This document shows, piece by piece, positions 50,785-61,400 of a stretch of DNA of 64,000 bases (positions are counted from its first letter, which is position 1; each line of letters opens with the position of its first letter). The stretch is taken from contig CAUYUJ010000001.1 of NCBI GenBank assembly GCA_963575745.1, positions 3,100,001 through 3,164,000 on the forward strand, written 5' to 3'. Source of the DNA: Prorocentrum cordatum. Its lineage: Eukaryota. A program made the translations under genes and the position numbers. A model generated the notes under the pieces. That model ran no database searches, was not told the DNA's origin, and worked only from the letters and a program-made list of their open reading frames with translations.

Positions 50785-51489
50785 ATGGATGTGTTGGAAA
50801 TTTGCGGAGGGCGAGGCTGCGTCTCCAGGATTTGCGTGCGAAGAGAATGCAGAGTGGGACCCGACTGGAAATTTGCGGAGGACGAGGCTACGTCTCCAGG
50901 ATTTGCGTGCGAAGAACATGCAGAGTGGGACCCAACTTCGACATTGTTTGCGGTGCGGACTTGTCGGATCCCAACGAGCAGTGGACGCTGTGGCTTTACT
51001 TGGAGCGTGGAGTGATGGCTGTTATCATGGCACCTCCATGTGCTCCCCTACGGACGTTTCTCCAGCGTAAATTTGGTCAATGCGACGGAGAACTGGAGGG
51101 AAAGTTATGAGCGATGCAGGCCGCTGGCCTTGCTGTGCGGAGAAGTGGCGCTGTACCAGCTGCGGAAAGATCGAGCCTTCATCAACGAGAACCCAGCCGG
51201 CTCCAAGTTATATCAAGAAACACCGTGGCAAGCAGTTGCTCAGTTTCCTGGAGTCGTATACGCTGTGGTGGATCAGTGCATGGCCGGACTGAAGAGTGCT
51301 CGAGGTATACCACAACAGAAGAGGACGGAGTTATGGGCATCCCACGAGGCACTACTTCGACACGTGGTTGGATATCAATGCGACGGGAGTCACATGCATG
51401 ATACTACTGAAGGACGAGAAGCCACGTCGAGGGCCAGATTATGGCCCTGGAGATTCGCGGTGGCTATCGCCAATGGCGTTTCAGACTAG
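50785..51489 (+). pseudogene. Cytosine-C5 DNA methyltransferase-like domain in pol (frameshifted)
   Basis: DVLEICGGRG (motif I-like), IMAPPC (IV), FINENP (VI), DQC...QQKRT (VIII-like), WPWRFAVAIA (X-like) in canonical order. Confidence 0.78.
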
Positions 51490-52129
51490 CTGTCGGAGAA
51501 AAGAAACGCAGAAGTCAAGACGTACTTGCAGGACGCTACGGCGTATCCCGGGGCAGCGGCGGCATCGCCATTCGAGGAACGCGGGCCCTGGGTTCCGCCC
51601 TGGGATCCGCCGCCCCCCTCCAGATGCATTGCCGGAAGGAGCTGGCAGAAGGAGGCTGTCCAGAAAGACAGAATACGCCAGTGTACCAGCACCTGTTCCT
51701 GAAGATGCCCCAGCACCAGCACCGGGGCCGCCGGCGGCAGCGATTCGGCCACCAGATCCGAGGACGCAGCTACCACGAGTGCGAGAATGGGAATGCCGAG
51801 CTTGCAACGGAGCACATGTTCCACACTCTCGGATACCTGGAAAATGTCGGATTGCTACACCAGGAGTACGAACATGGAGATGTGAGCAGTGTCAGCGAGG
51901 CAAGCCCGAAGATGCACCTGGACATACCCTCGTGGCAGGACAGTGTAGATGGGCAACCGAAGTGGGCCAAAGACCAGCTGGAGGGGGGCGCCGACGAGCA
52001 CGAGCAGCTGCCCACGACCCAGCACCAGGAGCAGCCGAACCAAGACCGGACGGACCTGTGAATGCTGCAGATGTCCCAGACTCACCAGCACGACCCGAAG
52101 TAGATCAAGGTATGGAGGTGGACTGGTCT

Positions 52130-53000
52130 AGCTGGGATCTTGGATCCGCCTGGCGAGCGTTGTTCGGCAATAGCGAGGCAGTGGCACGAAGAGTGCTACG
52201 TTGATTGCACCTGAGGTGGTTCCACGCCGACAAGAAGGCCATGAAGCGCATGCTCTCGGCCGGAGGCGTGCCGCCCAAGGTCTTGCAGATGGTCGACGAC
52301 ATCGTGGACACCTGCCGAGTCTGCCGATTGTGGATGAAGAAGGGAACCAGGGCGACCACGACGATTAAGCTGAGTGTGCAGTTCAACGACGAGGTGCAGT
52401 TGGACCTTATATTTTATGAACGACGCGTTGTTGGACATCTCATCGACGGCTGTACTAGGTTCACCGTGGCGCGAGAACTTCCAGATAACACGATCGAGAC
52501 GCTCTTGGACTTCATATGGGTGAACTGGATTCAGGTTTTCGGGCCTATGGCAGTACTGGCCTTCGACGGCGAAGGAGCTATGGCATCAGGAGAAGCTGGG
52601 GTGGCTCTCGGACGCATGGGGACCACGCGCAAGCTGAAGGCTCCAGGACAACACGCGCAAGTAGTTGAACGACATCGTGATATACTACGCAGGCAGATGC
52701 GCGTCATAGACGCACATCCCCAAGAGCTCGGCATCAAGTTGCCCTTAGCTCGAAGATTGGCCGAAGCAGTTCTCGCCTAGAACTCGTTCCTGACGATCGG
52801 AGAAGGCACGCCATACAAAGCACTTTACGGACGTGTGCCTCTTGTTCTCAGGGATTTTGACAGGAGTGGAGCTCGAGAGTTGGATGATGAGGATGGGCTA
52901 GCTATGTTCAGGCACTCGCAGAGGCTCCGAGAGCTCGCGACCATGTCCATCATCGAGGCCGCGGCACAGGCGAGGACGGAACGAGCGGCCAAGGCACGAA
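52130..53000 (+). pseudogene. DDE integrase (in-frame stops at 52203-52205 region and 52778-52780)
   Basis: HLRWFH...CRVC (HHCC), VQLDL, AFDGEG, VERH, TPYKALYGRVP. Confidence 0.9.
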
Positions 53001-54339
53001 CTGCCCCGGCGACGGAGGATCTGCATTTGGAGATCGGAGACCTCGTGGATCTCCACAAGCCGGGGAAAGCGCCAAAGGATGTGCCGCGTTGGAAGGGACC
53101 AGCCAAAGTTGTCTCGGCACAAGCACCAGAGACGGGGACGATTACCATACCCTGGCAAGGACGCGACATGATAGTCAACACTCCTGATGTTAGACGTGCG
53201 ATACTGTATCGCTACTCAGTATCCTTCATGGCGGTTGAAAGCGACCCAGCGCTGATTCTATTGGACCACGTACATAATATCAGAGAAGGCTTCGAGCATC
53301 TCGGCTGGGCGAGCACGTCATCAGGATGGGCTCTGACGAAGATATCCAAGAGCTATCCCATCGTGGTGGTGGCCATGCTCCAAGTCGCTTCTTGCGGACT
53401 TCATATCAACGGAGCAGTGGCCGCCCGAGTTGGCAGGAAGGTACCAACACTTCCTGGACTTCACGATTTCGAGTACTACACTTTGTGTTGGTGGACTGCG
53501 AAGCGTCTGGATAAAGGAGATTCCGGAGTAGAGGCCATGTGCTATGGTGAGGGATCTGCAGCAGAACATCTCAGCCTTCGATATATCTTCGGCGAAAAGG
53601 AATGGGCTTCGTGCTATTTTCGTGCAGTTCCTGACTGTGGAGCCTGATGTTTTGGACGTCTTGCAAGGACAGGCGCCGCAGATACCAGACATGGGCGGAC
53701 CTCACCTACCAGGAGTTGACGCATGGATGCGCGAACATCGAGAGATGCGGAAAAGGGCGCGTTCGGAAGGATCGCAGGGCTCGGAAAATCCAGCAGAGCA
53801 TATAGCAAGAAGGCTGGAAGATGAACCGCCAGATAGACCAGAACCACCTCCCGGGCTGCCAACGCCAGCTGAACCTACACAAGCAGCAGATGATGGCGCC
53901 AGCACACCAGCCAGCGGGAGTACGGTTCCAGCAGAGGCAGCGTCGTCATTGCAAGGATTGTACAGCCTGGAGGCTTTCTGGGCAATACACAAGGAGGACT
54001 CGGACTTGACGAGGGACGTGGATGAGAACGATTTCATGGGCATGATCGGCTACTTCACGGAAGAGCCAGACATGTCCGTTCTCGAGCGGAACGAGATCAT
54101 CCAGGACTACGATGTGATGGAGGCCTGGAACACGCAGAACACCACACACGCGAGGGCGACGGGCGACATAGTGGAGTCACTGCAACCGGAGAAGGCCTTC
54201 CAGGTAGGATTCGCAGCAGGAGCCTGGAATATGCAAAACGAGCCGACCATCAATGGAGACCCTACGCATGTGGACGATGTGGCTGCGTTGAGCTTCTACG
54301 AGGACGGATCCGCCAAGGCCGTGATGGAGAGAGATGACA

Positions 54340-55981
54340 ACTTGCTGACGCCTGCCGAGAAGATCGAACACCGAGAAGCAGTTCGAGCGGCACGACTTAA
54401 GGAGTTACGTCACTTGGCAGGATTCAAGGCCACGTCGAGGCGACCTCGTAGGCAAGCCAAGAACCTCATCGACGCGAAGTGGGTTGATAAATGGAAATGG
54501 GTACAAGCAGCAGACGGAACTATGACCATAATCATACGATGCAGGCTTACGGTACGTAGTTTTGAAGACAGACACAAGGATGAGGTGAAGACGTTCACCG
54601 CGACCAGTACGAGATGGGGACAGAGAGTGGTGAATATTCTCGCAGCGCAGCATCGTTGGAAGCTATGTAGCGCGGACATCTCATCGGCCTCCCTACAGGA
54701 AATGACTTTCGAGGAGGTCGCGAAGTTGCTCGACGAGCCGATTTGGGACATCTGTTTCGAGATGCCGAAGGGCACAGCTGAGCTATTATGCGAAGTGGAA
54801 GGTTTCGAGGGTTTCAACTCGATTTTGGAGGTCTTGCATATGGAGAAAGGAGGATTTGGTCTCAACGATGCCCCGAGGTTATTTTGACTTCGACGTGATC
54901 AAGTTTTGTTGTCGAGCGGGCTTAGGCCAACACATGCGGACCCTCAGCTCTGGCTGAAGCACATCCAGGAGGTTCTGGTAATGGTTGTTTCCACTCATCT
55001 AGATGATCTGAGATACGCGGGAACCGATAAGGCGACCGGCGAGATGATTTCATCCCTGGAGGCAGTTTTCGGCAAGATGACTATGAGGGAAAGCAACTTT
55101 TTGCAATGTGGCCTGCGCCACAGGCAGCTTGAGGATATGAACATCGAGGTGGGCCAGACCGAGTATATCAAGAATTTGAAATGTATCGATGAGAAGGAAC
55201 TGCAGGGCAGAGGAGACGACGAATATCCACCGGAGAAACACGTGAAGCTACCCGTCTTTGCTTGGAGCTATCGCGTGGTGCATCATGACGAGGATTGACA
55301 TATGTATCTATGTTGCAGCACTCCAACGCCACGGCAAGGCACCGAAGGTTGGACACATCAGGAAGATGAATGTGTTACTTAAGTATATGAAGGAGAATCC
55401 TTTGGTTTTGACTGCGCAGAGGTTGACTCCTCCCGTGAAGCTGATGGCTGTTGGAGATGCGGCATTCCGGAGAGAACCCGACGATAAGGATTTGGCTATG
55501 CGCTGTTTATTTGTTGATCGAGACGAAGCAGGAGCTTGGAGGTAGATGCAACGCTTTAGAATACGATTCCTGGAAACAAGCTAACGTTGTACGATCCACT
55601 TGGGGAGCAGAGTTATGTCAGTTTTCAGATTGCTGTGATTATTTATTGCTGCTGGCCGGCTTCTTGACAGAAGTTCAGACGTGAGAATTGGCGGCCAGAC
55701 ATCTGCGAGACATGGTCGACGGAAGCGAAGCTGGTATCAAGCCAGCAATTGATCTGGAAGGCTGTGTGGATGCCCAGAGTATGTTTAGTGGCATCACGGC
55801 GGAGCAGGTGCGGATTCCGGCGGAGAGACATACTCTGTACCATGCTAAATGGATCCGAGAACTTCTGGAGCGAGGTATACTGAAGAGATTGTGGTGGACC
55901 GACGCGAGGGATTTCTGTGCGAATGGACTAACGAAAGGAGCTGTTTTACGAGACGCACTGAGGTGCGTCGCACGAGGCTAG
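54340..55981 (+). pseudogene. Copia-type reverse transcriptase and RNase H (several stops and frameshifts)
   Basis: IDAKWVDKWK, RCRLTVRSF, SADISSA, FGLNDAPR, STHLDDL; RNase H GDAAF, STWGAEL, VDAQS, ANGLTK. Confidence 0.92.
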
Positions 55982-56406
55982 TGGAAGACGGTGCACGAGG
56001 CACTACCGTGGACCTCTTCAGGACGAGTGCTCCAGAGTGTCGGCTCGAGTTGAGCATGGTCGTGGAGACCGCGGTGTTCATGGTTTTTTTTGGCATCCAG
56101 GTGGAGGTTTGGATCGGCGTCAGGACGCTAAGTCGCCGCGCGGGTCTGGGCCTCGCAACGGACACATCGCCGGGCCCTCCTCAGTCACGCTGACGCGTAG
56201 GAGGTCCGGCTAGGATGCTGCTGAGGCAGTCAGTCCGCGGGGTTCCGCCCATTGCTGGGCGAGCTCAAAATTATGTACATGACGGACCAGTCCGTGGAGA
56301 CAGATTGGTACGTGGACTAGGCCGACCTTGTGGGGTTCACGGGCGTGTACTCGTGGAAGGTCAGATGCGAGCTGGAGATCAACGACCTGAACACGTTCAC
56401 CACCAG

Positions 56407-56590
56407 AGTCGAGAACATGGCCCTGGACCCCCTCCCCGACGGCGACGGCACAGCGGCGTGACCGCCGCTGCTGTGGCCCAAGGCCACACGCAGGACGCGT
56501 GCGCGGGGTGCACGCGTGGGCCCGAGGGCCCTGGAGCAATTGCGAGGTGCACCGAGGGCACTTCGAGCGTGGAAAGGATGCCCCGCGAGT
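56407..56590 (+). repeat. 3' LTR (184 bp)
   Basis: Direct repeat of 46141-46324. Confidence 0.93.
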
Positions 56591-56724
56591 GAGGAGGAGG
56601 AGGAGGAGGAGGAGGAGGAGGAGGAGGAGGAGGAGAGCCCCTGTGGCTCAGGCGTCTGCCTGAGGAGGGGCCATTCGCTTGCACGTGCGAGCCGCTGTTC
56701 TCCCCCCTTGCCCCCCGCGCCGCC

Positions 56725-57666
56725 ATGGTCTCAGCAGCCAGGCTCCATTGGATCATCCAGGAGCTAGCGAATGGCCGCCAAGGTGCTGTCAACATGTGCA
56801 GCCGCAGCGGCAAGCTGATCATGCAGATCTGCCTGTTCCCCGTCTGGGAGCCGACTATGCGGAACAGCCTCATGATAAGTTTGCTCCACATGGTGCAGCT
56901 GGACATCGACGACGCTAGTATCGTGGACCACGGGCACAAGAACTCCAAAGGCGAGTCCCGCATCCGTCTTGTCGTGAAGCCCCTTCCGGTTTTCTTCGGA
57001 GGCTTCTCTGATGCGCCGCCGGACACGCGTTCTGCGGTGCAGGAGGGCTCCGAGCGCCAGACGCGCGCCGAGTCCATCGGGCCAGTCCTGGCGCACGAGA
57101 AGGATGAGTCGTCCAGCGTGCAGCTTCCTGGTGAAGGTGGCGCGAGTGGCTCGGGCTCTGTGGCGATGGAGAGCGAACCCTGTGCCAAGGCGGAGACTGA
57201 TATTGATGTGGTGAGGCCCCAGCGGCACGGAAAGGCCATTGTTCCTCAGCAGCAAGGCGAGAAGCACACATTCGTTCCAGGCATGGCCGCGCGCCTTGTT
57301 GGCCTCAAGGCTAGGCCGCTGCTAAATGGTCGCGAAGGCACCCTGTGCTTCTACGGCGACGCTGCTGACCGCTGGGCCTTTAAGACTGGTGCGGAGGCCA
57401 TTCGTGTCAAGGCATCTTGTCTTGAGCCTATCGGCTCCCATACGAAGAAGTCTCTCGGCATGGCGTTCCAAAAGGCCGCTTTCGAGCGCCAACATGTGGA
57501 CCCAGTTGCTAACGACCAGGTGTTCCAGATATTGTACGACCTCGCTGCTCAAGAAGGGCAGCCTGGGGTGGCCGCTGCATTCCTACCGTTGCTCAGCGAC
57601 AAGACAGCCTTCGACAAGATGTACTGCCACACGGCCGCCAGGAGTCCTGAGATCGTCTACCAGTGA
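56725..57666 (+). CDS. Intronless 313-aa ORF of unknown function; putative SL-headed retrogene (insert 56636-58018)
   Basis: Open ATG-to-stop frame of normal complexity; SL-like AGCCCCTGTGGCTCAGG at 56636-56652; A-rich AAGAAAGAAAAAA at 58006-58018; contains ARLVGLKARPLLNGREG..DRW..IRVK, an SH3-like beta module. Confidence 0.7.
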   Translation: MVSAARLHWIIQELANGRQGAVNMCSRSGKLIMQICLFPVWEPTMRNSLMISLLHMVQLDIDDASIVDHGHKNSKGESRIRLVVKPLPVFFGGFSDAPPDTRSAVQEGSERQTRAESIGPVLAHEKDESSSVQLPGEGGASGSGSVAMESEPCAKAETDIDVVRPQRHGKAIVPQQQGEKHTFVPGMAARLVGLKARPLLNGREGTLCFYGDAADRWAFKTGAEAIRVKASCLEPIGSHTKKSLGMAFQKAAFERQHVDPVANDQVFQILYDLAAQEGQPGVAAAFLPLLSDKTAFDKMYCHTAARSPEIVYQ

Positions 57667-58485
57667 GTGGCGCTTAGCTGCATTCTTGGTGCGCCTAGTG
57701 CATCCATTCTTGCGCCCCCATTCGCCATTCCTTGCGCCCCACGTCGTCCGTTGGGTTGCGCTTCTCGTCATGGCTGCTGGCGCCCCCATGTACGTTGGGG
57801 CTGCGCTTCCCGCCTAAGGTCCTGGTTTCATGTGCTACTCGTTCCTTCGGGCGAGTGCAGTGTTGCCAGGTCTTGCGGGCGAGATTCGGCTGCGTCTCTC
57901 GTGCGCGTTGCTGCTCTCCTCGTCCCTCGCTATACTTGCCGCCTATCTCACCGCTGACGTATGCATGTGTGGACACCTCAGACATTGGTCCCTCAGGGCT
58001 GCGGGAAGAAAGAAAAAAGGAGGAGGAGGAGGAGGAGGAGGAGGAGGAGGAGGAGGAGGAGGAGGAGGAGGAGGAGGAGGAGGAGGAGGAGGAGGAGGAC
58101 TCTTGGAGCCTTCTGGCGGCCTTCTGGGAGCTTTTTTTGGGCCTCTCCGGGTCCTCTTGGAAGCCTCCGTGGGCCTCTAGGGGGCGTTTTGGGGCTTTTT
58201 GGGGGTCCCTTGGGCCGTCCTAAGGCGTTCCTGGCTCGTCTGACGCCGTCGGAAGCCGTCTTGGGGGCCGCTCTGAACCGACTCGGGGCCTTCTTGGGGC
58301 GCTTCAGGGCCGTCCAGGAGGCCCTCTTGGCCGTCTTGGAGACTTCTTGGGCCGTTATGGGGTAACCCACGCGAAGGGGAGCACCTTGGGATTTGGAAAA
58401 ATGCACGCTCTAAACCACTCACGTGCTAAGTGGCTGGTGGTATTTTGCCGCAAATCGTGCATAGTTTTTTTCTGTGCAGGGATGA

Positions 58486-58487
<2 letters not shown>

Positions 58488-58537
<50 letters not shown>

Positions 58538-58578
58538 TACATATACATATGCATACATATACATACATGTACACACAC
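58488..58578. repeat. (AT)n/(AC)n microsatellite
   Basis: Direct reading. Confidence 0.97.
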
Positions 58579-58593
58579 CCAGGTTGCGGGGGC

Positions 58594-58877
58594 GAGGCCG
58601 CCAGGAGTGTGCCTGCGCCCTCCATGGGGGTTCCGGGGCTCACTTTCATTTTGTTTTTGCAGGGCTTCGGCGTTCCAGGGCCTCCGAGCCCGCCAGGAGT
58701 GTGCCCGCGCCCTCCATGGGGGCTCTGGGGCTCACTTTCCCTTTGTTTTTACAGGGTTTCGGCGTTCCAGGGCCTCCGAGGGAGGCCGCCAGGAGTGTGC
58801 CTGCGCCGTCCATGGGGGTTCCGGGGCTCACTTTCCTTTTGTTTTCACAAGGTTTCGGCGTTCCAGGGCCTCCGAGG
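58594..58877 (+). repeat. Three tandem copies of a 92-96 bp unit
   Basis: cgccaggagtgtgcc recurs at 58599, 58691 and 58787. Confidence 0.93.
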
Positions 58878-60756
58878 CGGCAGCGGCGACGCCAGACTTC
58901 TTGTTGACCTTCGGACGGAGGCCCAAAAGCAGCCCCAGAGCGCTCCAAGACGGCCGACGAAGCTTCCTACACCGCACCAAGACGGCCCCAGAGAGCCCCA
59001 AACGGCCCCCACGACGGCCCAAGAGGGCCCCAAGACGGCACAAGAGGCACCGAAAACGGTCCAAAGGAGTTCCGACGCGGACCCCGAGAGGCGACAAAAA
59101 AAAAAACAGAGGCCCTCCACATGCCCAGGCCGCCCAAGAGGCCAAAAAAGGCTTCGAGATCGACCAGGGCATACCCCAAGAAGCTTGAACAACTGCGTCT
59201 CACCACGCTTCTCGTCCGCCTTATCACCTTCCTCCTCCTCATTTCTTTTGGTTGTCCACCTCTCTCCCGGTCTCAGGAAATCTCAGCATATTCCCGGAAC
59301 TGCCGGGAACAGCATTTTTCGAGTGTTTTGTTGTTTTCTTCGCCGCCCTGTTCCATCATCATTCCCTGATCCTCCGCCTGCTGCGGCTGCTCTTCATGCC
59401 ACTCCCGCGCTTCCCCCTTCCCCCACCTCCCGCTCCCCTTCTCCGTCTTCTCACCCACATGCTTGTGGCGCTCTCCTGGTCTCTTGAAGTATGTTCCCGG
59501 AACGCTTGCCGGGAACGCAATTTCTGTGTTTGCGTTCGAGTGTTTCTTTTGTTCTTCGCCACCCTGCCTCTTCGACTTTCTTCCCATGTCCTCCTGCAGC
59601 GGCTGCTCAACATTCTGCTCCTGCACCTCCCCCTGTCCTTCTTCTACCTCCTCCTGCCCCCCTTGAACCTCCCTTCCTCCCGCTCCCCTGCTTCTCCTCC
59701 TCACCCTCCTTCCCTTCCGCCTACTCCTTATGTCCTGCTCGTTCTGCTCCCCCTCCTCTTCCTGCCGCTCACCTTGTTCTGCGTGTCTGTCCTCCTCGTC
59801 CTTCTCATCCTCCTGCTCCTCCCCCTCCTCTTCCTCCTCCTCCTTCCCCTCCTCCTCTTCCTTCTCGAGATTCCTCCTCCTTCCCGTCTTCCTCCTCCTT
59901 CTCGGGCTCCTCCTCCTCCTGCTGTCGCGAAATATGTTCTCGGGAAGCTTCCCGGGGGTGTAATTCCGCGTGCCCCCCTTTTCTCCACCTCACCGATATT
60001 ATCCTCCTTCTCGCCCCCCCTCTTTCTCAGGCCCCTCCTCCTATCGCGCAAAATGTTCCCATGAAGACTCCCGGGGACATGAGTCCCACGCCCTTGCTCA
60101 AGCGCCTAATCCCTCCTGGGCGGCCCTTCCCCCTCCTCCTCCTTCCTCTGATCCTCCTCCTCTGGCTGCTCTTCCTCCCATTCCTGTTCCTCTCCCTCTT
60201 CTTCCTCCGCCTCCTCCAGCTTCCCCTCGACTTCTCACTCTCTGCCCCTTGCTTCTGCCGCGTGTCTTTCCTCGTCACTCCGCGGGTCGTGGGGCCGAAG
60301 AGTCTCGGAAGCCGATGGGTCGTGGGGCCGCGATTGAGGATCTTCGCCCCTAGAGGTCAGGGGCGCCCTGGGACCGAAGGATTCGGAGGACTCCTGGGGC
60401 CGACTTCAAGGGTCGCGGGGCCTACGCCTCCCAGAGGTATCCTGACCGAGGGGGGCGCCCAGATCGGGGGGCGTCCGGACCAGGGAAGGGGAGGGGGGGA
60501 AGCAGGAAGGGCAGAGGATATTGAGGTGGAGGAGGAGAAGGAGGATGGGGGGGGAAAAGGAGGGGAGGGAAGAGGGGGGGGAGAAGAACGTGTACGAGGA
60601 GCAGAAGCAAATGAGGAAGGAGGAGGTGGTGGAGGAGAAGGAAGGAACTAAGGAAACGGAGGAAAGAGACAGACGAGGAAGGGGGGGGGAAAGAGGACGA
60701 ATGAGGAGGAAAAAGAGAAGGAGGAGGAGAAAGAGGAGGGGGAGGAGAAGGGCTGA

Positions 60757-61091
60757 CATGTATGTATGTATGTATGTATGTATGTATGCATGTATGTATG
60801 TATTTATGCATGTATGTATGTATGCATGCATGTATGTATGCATGCATGTATGTATGCATGCATGCATGCATGCATGTATGTATGTATGTATGTATGTATG
60901 TATGCATGCATGTATGCATGCGTGCATGCACGCATGAATGCATGCATGCATGCATGCATGCATGCATGCATGTATGTATGTATGTATGTATGTATGTATG
61001 TATGCATGCATGCATGCATGCATGCATGCATGCATGTATGTATGTATGTATGTATGTATGTGTATGTATGTATGTATGTATGTATGTATGC

Positions 61092-61122
<31 letters not shown>

Positions 61123-61200
61123 TGTATGTATGTATGTATGTATGTATGTATGTATGTATGTATGTATGTATGTATGTATGTATGTATGTATATATATACA
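60757..61200. repeat. (TATG)n/(CATG)n tetranucleotide array
   Basis: Direct reading. Confidence 0.97.
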
Positions 61201-61297
61201 CATAAGAAAAGGCCTGCCTTGATTCTGCTGCCAGGGCCTTGCCGTGATCTCGGCTAGAACGAAAGCGCGCGCGAAGCGCGCGCGATGGTTCTAGTGC

Positions 61298-61349
61298 ATG
61301 TGTGTGTGTGTGTGTGTGCGTGTGTGTGTGTGTGTGTGTGCGTGTGTGT
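61298..61349. repeat. (GT)n microsatellite
   Basis: Direct reading. Confidence 0.97.
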
Positions 61350-61400
61350 CCGTAGTCCCTCTGGCTCGAGCTCCCCTGGCTCAAGCCGCTCTGGCTCGAG
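61349..61400 (+). other. Three stacked spliced-leader relics (22 + 15 + 15 nt)
   Basis: TCCGTAGTCCCTCTGGCTCGAG | CTCCCCTGGCTCAAG | CCGCTCTGGCTCGAG compared with DCCGTAG-CCATTTTGGCTCAAG. Confidence 0.85.

Larger units (their letters stand above)
46141..56590 (+). mobile_element. Full-length Ty1/copia-type LTR retrotransposon carrying a DNA cytosine methyltransferase-like domain
   Basis: Two 184-bp LTRs with 4 mismatches, PBS, domain order gag-PR-DNMT-INT-RT-RH, GAGGA on both flanks. Confidence 0.93.

Noticed and set aside
59200..61257. Leu/Pro-rich and MYVC-repeat ORFs
   Set aside because: Low-complexity pyrimidine, purine and (TATG)n tracts.
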